A model generated the notes under the pieces. It searched no databases, was not told where the DNA came from, and saw only the letters and a list, made by a program, of their open reading frames with translations. Below are positions 51,501-61,700 of a DNA stretch of 64,000 nt, piece by piece (the first letter of the stretch is position 1; the number at the start of each line of letters is the position of its first letter). The position numbers and the translations under genes are program-made. This DNA comes from Lama guanicoe (taxonomy: Eukaryota), in contig MU053881.1 in assembly GCA_013239625.1 (NCBI GenBank), positions 6,905,957 to 6,969,956 on the forward strand, in the 5' to 3' direction.

Positions 51501-52671
51501 TGTCTGCCTCATTCATTCACCTACTCATTCAATTAGCAAAAATTACTGATCTCCTACTATGAGCCAGGCATCATTCTAAATGGTGAAATGTGAAATCATC
51601 CAGAAAGCAGACACAGCCCTTGCCTCACGGGACTTACACTCTAGTGGCGCTGGTGACAGAAAACAGGCACACACAGCCCTGCCTAACAGAGCATCAAGGA
51701 GCAAGCCACCACACTGATGAGCAGTGCCACAGACATTAGTGCCGCTTGTCCTTCAGGCTGTGTAACACTTGGCAATTTTAAAGCCGTTTCATAAACACAA
51801 TCAACACTGCATTCTGTGTTTTGAAGCAACTTGTGTGAAACGAGCAACAATGATCAAGTTTGTTTCATATACAGGGAAACTGAGGCCCAGAGAAGAAATA
51901 GATAACCAAGCTGCTGAGTGCCTGGTATATGCCAGTTATGAGTATACAGAATGAACAGGCCAGGAGACAGCCCTCACCCTAAAGAATTCATAGTCCAGTG
52001 GGTGACAAATGAGTCACCAAATGATTTAGTTAAACCGTGGTAGGTATTCAGGAAGACAAGTGCAGGAAATGAGGCTGGGGTGTGTGCCTAGTCTGCATCG
52101 CTGAGGACATGACAGTAAGCTGAAACTTAAAAGATGCGTAGGAGTTGGCTAAGTGAGGGCAGCTGTGGGAAGGGAAGAGCATTCTAACCATTAGAAATGG
52201 CCATGCAAAGGCCCTGGGGCTCGAAGGAGCATGACAGGTCAGAGGAGCTGAGAGATGGCCAGTGTGGGTGCAGGGGTATGAGATGAGACCAGGCTTGTGG
52301 GGTTCTGAACCCGACTTTCTGTGAAAGAGGGCTGCCTCCCCAGGGTTGGGACTAGGCGGGGGCAAAACAGGCCCCCAGGGCACAAAAGGGCAAGGAGGCC
52401 CCGCTCACAGGCCCAGGCTGGCCTTTCCCTGTCAGAGGGGCGGGACACTGCCGGCCTGTCAGCCTGGCCTGGGGATACTTCTGTGATGCTCAGAGTAATG
52501 TGAGTTTCGGTGAAGTCTGTGCTTTGGTGACCAGCTCCTCCCTTTAAGGGAGAAGGGAGGGGGAGGGGGAGGACAGCCCAGAGCATTTATGAGGGGAAGG
52601 TAGGGGACCTGGAGCAGGACCCTCCTGAGCCACGACAGTGGACGTTACCTTGCCCAGGCAGCCGGGTGTGC

Positions 52672-52706
<35 letters not shown>

Positions 52707-55700
52707 TGCACGTGCGTGTGCATTTGTGCGTCTGTATACGTGGGGGCATGTGTATGTTTACCCCTTTTACAATTTGTCTGAAAACACTCCCTCGAGATAT
52801 TAGCTGAGCTAATTACCAAGAGGCCTTTTTTCACACCTTCATCAGCAAAACCTCTGCTAAATACCCATTCCCCAGAGGTGAGGTGAGAGTTGCTCCTAAG
52901 TGGAGCAGCTGCAGAGAAGGCAAGGGGCCAAGGACTCCCCGACCCTTGAAGGACCCAGGTGTGGACGTATCCCCGGCCTGGGCTGGCCGTGGTGGTGGTG
53001 CGGGGCTGGGGGATCCGGTGTCCCCGGAGCTGGGAGATGAGGCGAGCAGGCGCTGCATGGGTTCCTGGAGAGCCCTGGGCGCGGCCCACAAGCTCTGCCA
53101 GATGCAGCGTTCCTCCTTTCACGTGAATGCCCTTGCGTTTCCGCAGACCGGCCCCCCTCCGGGAAAGCGCAGCAGCCGCCCGTGCCCCCCCAGAGGCCGA
53201 TGGCCGCCCTCCCTCCTCCGCCCTCCGGCCGGGCTCACACGGTAGGCTCCGCGCTCCCTGTTACGCACTCCGCGTCCGCGGGATGGTGTCCTCTGCAGAG
53301 AGAACGGAACAACGGTCATCTTTACCCAGTCTTAGCCAATTGGAAAAAGTCTATGCAGGCTGGGAAAACGCAGCCCCAAGTACTCACAGTGGGCTTTTTG
53401 GGGGTGAAATATTGGTGATTTTTAAACACAATGCTTTTATCATCGGTATTTTTCCTTACCACAAACGATATAAACTACCTGTATAGCAAAAGTCCCCTTC
53501 TAATATTTATTGTGTTATTACTTCCTACTTTTTAAATAAGTGAAAACTGTAAAATAAACTGAGGACCAAGTAAATCGGTCCCAAACCACCTGCTCTTTCC
53601 TGCAAAGAGACTTGCGCCACCTGCTGGCCAACGCCTGAAATTCCACGGACAAAAGATCTGAGACCAAAGTGTGTTCACACCGTGAACCCAGGGAGGAAGC
53701 AAACCCCTTTTCCTCTTAATTTATTTTATTCTATTTGGTGGGGGGAGATCATTAGATCTACTTATTTATTTAGTATTAGGTTTTTTTTTAAATGGAGATG
53801 CGGGGGATTGAACTCAGGACCTTGTGCATGCTAAGTATGTGCTCTTCTACTGAGCTATACCTTCCCACCTTCTTTCGTCTTTCTTCAAACTTACAGTCTC
53901 AGGCTCTGTGGGTCTAAGTACAGGCACACCTCATTTTACTGCATTTCTCTTTATTGTGCTTCCCAGATACTGCGTTTTTCACAAACTAAAGATTTGTGGC
54001 AACCCTACCTTGTCAGATGATGGTTAATATTTTTTAGGAATATTTTAAAATTAAGATATCTACATTGTTTTATTAGACATAATGCTACTGCACACTTAAT
54101 GGACTGCAGTGTAGTATAAATGTAACTTTTATATTTACTGGGAAATCAAAAAAATTGAGTAGCTGGTGTTGATGAAAATTTAACTAACCATCAAACTAAG
54201 AAGAAAAAAAGAGAATTTTATTCGAGCCAAACTGAGGATTGTAACCTGGGAGACAAACTCACAGAAGCTCTGAGAACTGCTCCACTGGTCAGGAACTAGA
54301 GATGCAGTTTTGTACACCTTTGAGACAAAGAATTATGTATCATACTGACAGGTTAACATGACACACAAAGTTACTCAGAAATGTTTTGGTCAGGTGTGCA
54401 CTTACAGAGTGAGCCTTTAGGTCAATCGACCCCCTGACAGGATGAGAAAGAAATAATAAACTTAAAAATCACAATGCTGGCATCAGAAGAAAGGGAGCAT
54501 TTTTCTCCAAGTTTGCTTATGTCCTCCTGCCTTGAGGAGGTCTGGTTAATGGATACGGCAGGTGCACATTGCACATTGGGGAAGGCCCGTCACAAATGGG
54601 TGCATGCTATGTGTGTTTCAGTTCTGACTTAGTCTGATTGTCCCGCCCTAGGGAAATTTATGATTTTTTCTCATCACTAGCCTTATTTTGATTTTTGCTT
54701 TATTGCGGTAGTGTGGAACCAAGCCTGCAGTGTCTCTGAGGTGTGTCTGTATCCAGAGAGACCCCGAGAAGTTCAGGCTCAGGAGTCAATAGCTGGAGGT
54801 GTGTTCCCGTCACAAGGGACCACAGCACTCTGACAGCTGTGCTGAACGCCAAGTTCAGGGTTGAAAGTGGGGAGACGACGTCTTTTTCTTCCCCTGAGCT
54901 CAGAATCCAGATCACACCAGGGTTGGGATCCCCCATCTAAGAACAGATGGCTCCCTTCTGCTTGTGCAGCTTTATTACAAAGGGGGCTTACGGAGCTGAA
55001 TTTATTTAAACACACGTTTTGCTTTTGAAATCTGAAGGCCTTCACCTCATCCTTGGGATGCAGAATTCGTTCATTCAATCGACACATGCTTATTGAACAG
55101 CAGTGCCCAGCAGTGTCCCAGCTGCTGGGAACAGAGCGTGAACAAGACAGAAAAGGTCCCTGCTCTCATGAAGTTCTGATTTGGGTTAGAGGGAGATGGA
55201 TAATAAACAAGAAAAGAGGTGTAGAAACAAGATCACTTGAGTAGTAATGTGTGGTCAGGGAGACAGAAGACCAGAGGACAAGGTGGGTGGGGAGGTCACA
55301 CTGAGTTGGACAGAAGGAGCCAGTTGTGGCAAGAGCTGGGAAAAGAACATTCCAGGCAGAGGAAAACACAAGTACAGAGATGCCCAAAGAGGGCACGAGC
55401 TTGAGATGTTGCAGGAACTGCAAGAAGAGACACAGTGAGAGCCCACGTGCAGGGGAGAGAGGAGCATAAAAAGGTGCTGGGAGGGTGGACAGGAGCCAGC
55501 TCAGGCAGGCCCTGCAGACCATGATGAGTTTTAATTTTGTTCCAATTGTGACAGAAGCCACTACAAAGCTTGGCAGGGGAGTGGCATGCAGAAAATACCT
55601 TGAGAAAATAGTCTCACAGGGTATGGAACAGGGCTCCCAGACAGCAGGCCATTGTTTGGGTGAGAATTGCTACGTGTGTGGATGGAACACAGAGACGGAG

Positions 55701-58700
55701 AAAAGTGAACAGATGCAGACGTATGTGGGGGGATGAAAACCCCCAGGGCTTGAGGATGTGTTGGAAATTCTTCCTAACGAGGGTTTCTTTTAAAGCAGCC
55801 GCTACCCCAACCCCAGCCCAACCATGAAGAGCCTAGCAGAAGTAGAAACCAGAAAACAGCAAAGCGTAAGTACAGGGGCCGCCCTCTCTTGCCCACCAGC
55901 CCACCCGCCTCCCTCCCCCAGCCCACTGCTTTCTTTGGATTGACTTCTGTCGCTTTCCCTTCCAGTCCCTGCTCCTTCCATAGACAGAAGCACGAAACCA
56001 CCCCTAGATCGTTCATTAGCTCCGTTTGACAGAGAGCCCTTCACACCAGGTTCGTATCTTTCTTGTTTGATGCATAGTAATAGTGGCCAGCATTTATAGA
56101 GTGCTTACTGCATGCTTTTCACAGGCACTAGCTCATTTAACTAGCGCCACGGTCCTATGAAGCGGGGACTATTAGAATCATCCTCATTGTGCAGATGAGG
56201 AAACTGAGGCATGAAGAGGTAACTTCCCAAGGTCACTCAGCTACCAAGTGATGGGGGTGGAGACTCAAACCCAGCCTGATGCAGACCTGGATGCACTAGC
56301 CGGATGTGGGGCCTTCTCCACGGGTGCGATCTGTGTACACACATCCATCCCATCATCCTCCTGAAGGATGACGGGGGAGGCATCTGGGCTAAGAGGCAAG
56401 AGGCCTGGGAGAGCTGCGGTCTGCTGCCTTGGCTGCTGCTCAGCAGCTCCTTGACCAGGGAGGGATGTTGCTTTTTCAGACTCCTCATTTGTAAGGTGGG
56501 TGCTCTGTAACGAGAAAATGCCTTGTAAAACTTTGAGGCGCTGTTCGGATGTCAGAGTTGTCTTTTGTTGTGTGTGTGCAGTTGACCGAGCTGCGGGTAT
56601 ACCACAGTCCTTTCCCTCCTGAATTGGCCCAGAGTATTCTTAGATTGCAGTTAACCGCTGCATAAAGCTATTTTCAATTCAATTCTGAAACTTACCTACG
56701 ATTTATTGAGCACCTACTATGGGGCAAATGCTTTACACACCACAGATAAGTTACAGTCATGCCTCATTATCTGTGAGGGGGATCAGTTCCAGGACCCCCG
56801 TGGATATCAAAATCTGGGGATGCTCAAGTCCCTTATATAAAAATGGTCTAGGATTTGCATACAACCTGCGAACATCCTCCTGTGTGGTTTAAAGCATCTC
56901 TAGATTACTTTTAATACCTGATACAATATAAATGCTAAGCAAATAGTTGCAAATACAGTGTAAATACACGTACACAGTTATCAGGGCATGGCAAATTCAA
57001 GTTTTGCTTTTTGGAACTTTCTGGAATTTTTTCTAAATATTTTCAGTCAAGGCTGATTGGCTTTGTGGATGTGGAACCTCAGGACAAGAGTTATCTTCAT
57101 CTCTACATTATCTCCGACACTCACACCAACCCAGCCAAGGAGGCACACTATTATCCCCACTTTGCATATGATAAAACTGAGGCTCAGAGAGCTTAAATTA
57201 TTTCCCCAAATGTGCATAACTAGGTGCAGGATTTGAACCCATGTCTTTCCGACTTCAAAGTGGGTGCCGTTTTCTACCACATCACGTGGCAGTAGGAGAC
57301 CCTGGATTTTCCTTGCTGTGCACTAGGGAGTTCTGGGGAAGGAGTCCTGAGCTTTGAAGGATAAGGAGCCTGGAACCCCAGCCCCACCCCGCCCTTCCTT
57401 AGCTACGTGGTGAGCAGGACATTCAGCCTGTGCGGCCTCGGTCTTCTCTTCTGTTGGCAAAATGACTTTCAGTTCTTGGATCTGAGGCTACGTGCTTGCT
57501 GCTGTTTCCTTGAACTGCATCACAACTCTGCTGACTCTTGCAAAGTTATGTCGGCTACTTACGTTTAAAACGGCCTGCTGTGGAGGGCTGGACAAATCAC
57601 GTCAGATCAAAGTGAAGACAGAGAGATTCGACTTCAAATTCCAGCCCTGCTTACTCACATGAGTCGAAGCATCAGAAAAGTGGAATCTTGATGTCAAACC
57701 CTTCAGGGTCACTTCCTGAACAAAAGTTATCCTTTCTAAAGACTTTTTTTCTTTTTCAAGACAACTTTTCTTGACAATATCAGCTCCACCCTTGAATTAC
57801 TCCCTTACCCACGATGCTGTGGGAGAACTAACCTCTTACAATACTCAGACTCTTATCAGGAGACTCCTAACATGCCCAGAGAATATGCATAAACCAGCAG
57901 ATGTCTTTAAAAGAAACTCTATCCAGGCCTAATGATATAAATCTGTGTTTTCTGGCCAGCCCTCTAAAGTAGGATTTCCACCCAAAACCAAAGTTTTATA
58001 AACGAACATTTTTCTATGCCACTCAAACCCTCTCCCGCTAGGCAGTGAGCTCTTCCCAGTGGGACAAGATTCTTAGGACTGACTTATCATGGGCCTGGCA
58101 TGTGCTCAGTCTTTAAAGAATGACTCATGTTGCGAAAATGCAACCCTAGGCAGGTGTATCGCCCTTCGCCTTAGGGTGTTCACTGTGCCGGCAGGTCAGG
58201 AGAGGGGAAGGAAGAGGAACTATCTAACTACTGTCAGCACCCCTGGGTCATGTGCCTGACCCTGCGTGTAAACTGTCACCTGGTCCTTACAGCAAACCTA
58301 TGTGGTTTTAACCTATAACCCCCATTTTACAGGTGGGGAAACTGAGACTCAAAGACTTTAAGTAACTTGCTCAAAGTCGTACAGGACTTGCTTCTAGACC
58401 TGGTTGAATCCAGTTAACTAATACTTTTATTACATTGAAGACATAGGACATATCTACTTTACGGGACCTCCGACAGAATAAAAAATACATTGCTCTGAAC
58501 AACTTTGCAGTGCAGAGTTCTCAGGTACACCGAGCATTTCTTCAGGGCGCCTGCATGTCATCTGTTCTGAGAGAAAAGTAAAAGAAAGAGAGGGAAAGAG
58601 AGAAGGAAAGAAAGAATAAAAAGGGGAAAGACTAACAAACCCAAACATGATTTGCAACCTGCCAGACGAGTCTTCTGAAACTCTCTCCTCCAAGTTAGGA

Positions 58701-61700
58701 AATTTTCCAGAAACTAAGTGTAATGCCTGACATAGCGTCAAGTGTACCCCAGGATTAATGGACAGCTGACCCCTCCACGGCAAATGGGTTTGTTTCAGAC
58801 ACGAAAATAAGGATGAGCAGAGAAACTCTTGACCAATGAAAGAGGCATCAGCTCCCAAGGAGGCATTAATCCTTTTTATCATCAATTACATGCAATAAAA
58901 TGTTGCAGAGAAGCACAGAACCCACAACACTGTTCGTATGCACACAACACGTGCGATCCTTGGGCAAAGTCACTTAATTTGTTTGAGTCTATGAAATTAG
59001 GTGCTGTGTGAGGGACCCTTGTGTGTCTAAAGTCTGACTCCTCAGTGCTTAAACCCAGTCAGCCGTCCAAGCGCTCGGATTCAGTTTCATCAAACAGTGT
59101 TTTAACGCCTCGCGCTTGGCTGTTAAACTCAAGGCCTGTCTGCTGTTCTGTCGTTTACAGGAAAGAAACCAGTGATTCCTGACAAGGTAAGCTTTCGCCT
59201 TGTTTTGCTTTGTTTTGTTTTGGTTTTTGCTCCATTGTGTCTCATCTCACTCACCCATCTTCCCTCCTGTCTTTGCAGCCCTCGACCCCAGCGGGAAGGT
59301 GAGTGGCTCTGGTGCGTCTGCGGGAGGGGACATGGCACGTGCTGTAAAGCTCCGGTTTGTTTCTCACACACCCTTTCTCTCAACTCTGCAGGCCTCTTGG
59401 GGAGAATTTACCCAAGATACAGAAGCCCCCATTACCACCAACCTTGGAAAGGCTCGACAGAGGCAGCAGCCCCCTGCCGGGGAAGAAGCCACCTGTGCCA
59501 AAGTAACTGCCTTCTGTCACCTGCGCGGGTCGCGCAGAGGGGGCGATGTGAACTCCCGCCTGGGAGCAGTTGGCTCCGCGCAGGGACTGAAGACCAGGAC
59601 ACTCCCGGGTGGGGTGGGCCTGTTTGCTGCTGGGATTTGCGTCCAGGTTCTCAGCCTGGACGTAAAGTGCCTGGGTCCCTTTGAAGGACGTGGCGGTCCA
59701 GCACAGAGAGGCGCAGAGAGATGCTTCCCCGGGGAAGAGACCTTCTTCTCAACCAGTCGGATTTTTGGATGCATTTTCCTTCCATCACGAGGCGTAGGAA
59801 CTGTACCTACCATTTTATATTTCCATCCAGGCAGCGGAGGGGGTACCACTGGTTACTCCAAGTGTCTATTTTTAACTTTACAGTCTTTCGGGGCCTATTC
59901 GCCAAATGGCACAAACGTACCTGGGGTCAGGCCCAACCCAGCTTCTCACGAAGGACAAAACCAAGGCTTCCATTGATCTCATCGGTACAACCAGGATTCA
60001 TAGCTACAGCCTTGCTTGTAGTGGAAGGCTAGTGGAAGGACTCAGTCAGGGCCAGGGCGAGGGTGTACCACTAAAACCTCAGTAATAGAGTTAATATTTT
60101 AATGGAATATTCAAAAAAAATTAAAATGAATGCAAAAAGTATCATAATGAACGAAATATCCAATTTTAACTAAACACAGGATGAGGGCATGTGAAGCATC
60201 TGACAGATGTAAGGAGAACATGGTGCGGGCCCAGGCGGACAGCTGCCCGCTGCAGCTCCAAGGCTGCTGTCACCAAGTCTGTCTGACCGGCTCGTGCATC
60301 TGGGGAATGTCCCAAAGCAGCAGCATTTCCCAGCTGTCTTCCCTTCACACGGAGGGTGAGCCCCAAGATGGCTGTTTTAAAGCCTCAGCGAAGGAGAATG
60401 TTGCCTAAAATGTTTTTGTTTGCTTGGAGAAACAGCTACTCAGTGAAATTTAATAGCTACTAAAGAGTTAGTTTGCTGACTAAATGTTTTTTTTTTATCT
60501 TTAACGTAATTATTTGCTGCAGTAGCTAAATAGAGTAAAGGTTTGCCTAGCTCAGCTCACAATGACAGATCACTGAGTCACCACACCTCCCTCTCCCCTG
60601 CTCTCCTGCTTGGTTTTTTTTTTTCCTCCCATTTTATCACAGCTCAGTGGGTTTGATTTCTCGTTATTAGATTAAGTGAAGCTGTCTATATTCTTTGAAA
60701 CGCTTTATGCTCAGTTCTTTTTCTTTGCCCTGATTCATTTCAGGCATGGATGGGGACCAGACAGAAGAGAAAATGTAAGTACAAGCGATCATTTGGTGCA
60801 TGCTTGGCACAGGGAAATCGGCGCAGGCCCCGTGGAGGTCAGGGCTGCCTCTGTCTCCGCCTTCACTGAAGTCCGGTGCTGGGAGCCAGGCCTGCACACA
60901 GTGGGCACTGGAATACTAGTGCCTGGTGGGGCTTCCAATTTTCCCCCCTGCCCCCCTCCCTGCTGCATTGCTTAGCTCCTGTCCCTCTGAGGGCTCCTAG
61001 GGAGGCTGGGTTCATCGCAGCCCTGCTACCAGGTGGTCATTAGCAAGGTGAAGGGGCACTGGGTGGAGAGAATAAAGTAAGGGATGCCCGAGAGTCTGGG
61101 TCTCACAGCAAAGTTTCCAAAGCTTCTGTTTTAATACCTCCACAGCCTGAGAAAGAGGGGAACTAGCATTTATCGAATGCCTACTATGTGCACGTTGCCA
61201 AGCTAGCTACTTTCGGGTAACCAGCTGTTTGCCTGGGACACGCCCATGTCTCATATCCCAGGAACCCCATCACTTTCAGGCCACCCAGACCCAAGAAATT
61301 TGGTCACCCCAGCTTTACAAATGCTTTGCCTTTAATGCTCCCCTGAGGAATCATTGTTTCTCTTTAGCTAAGAGGAAATCAAAGCTCCAAGGAGTAAGAT
61401 ACTCATGGCAGGTTGTACGGGCAGCAGACAGCCTGGATGGAAATCCAGGCCTCTCTGATTTCCCCTACCCTGTAAGGCCTCTGAAGCCATCACATCCCTG
61501 CCATGTTCAAGGGCTCAGGCCATGGGTGCCTGGGGTTTCACAGCTCAGTGCTAGATGCTGTGCTGGTTCAGATGAAGTGCCGAGGTACGATGGAGACGGA
61601 CAAACCCCCGTCCAACATGCTAAACAGCATACGATCACAGAACGAGCTATGGAGGTGAAGGGAAGAAAGTGGTCTACGGGGGTCAAGGAGAAGGGTGACT

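Noticed and set aside
59200..59976. 258-aa ORF over exons 12-13
   Set aside because: Runs through introns in a frame different from LCP2; no recognisable protein
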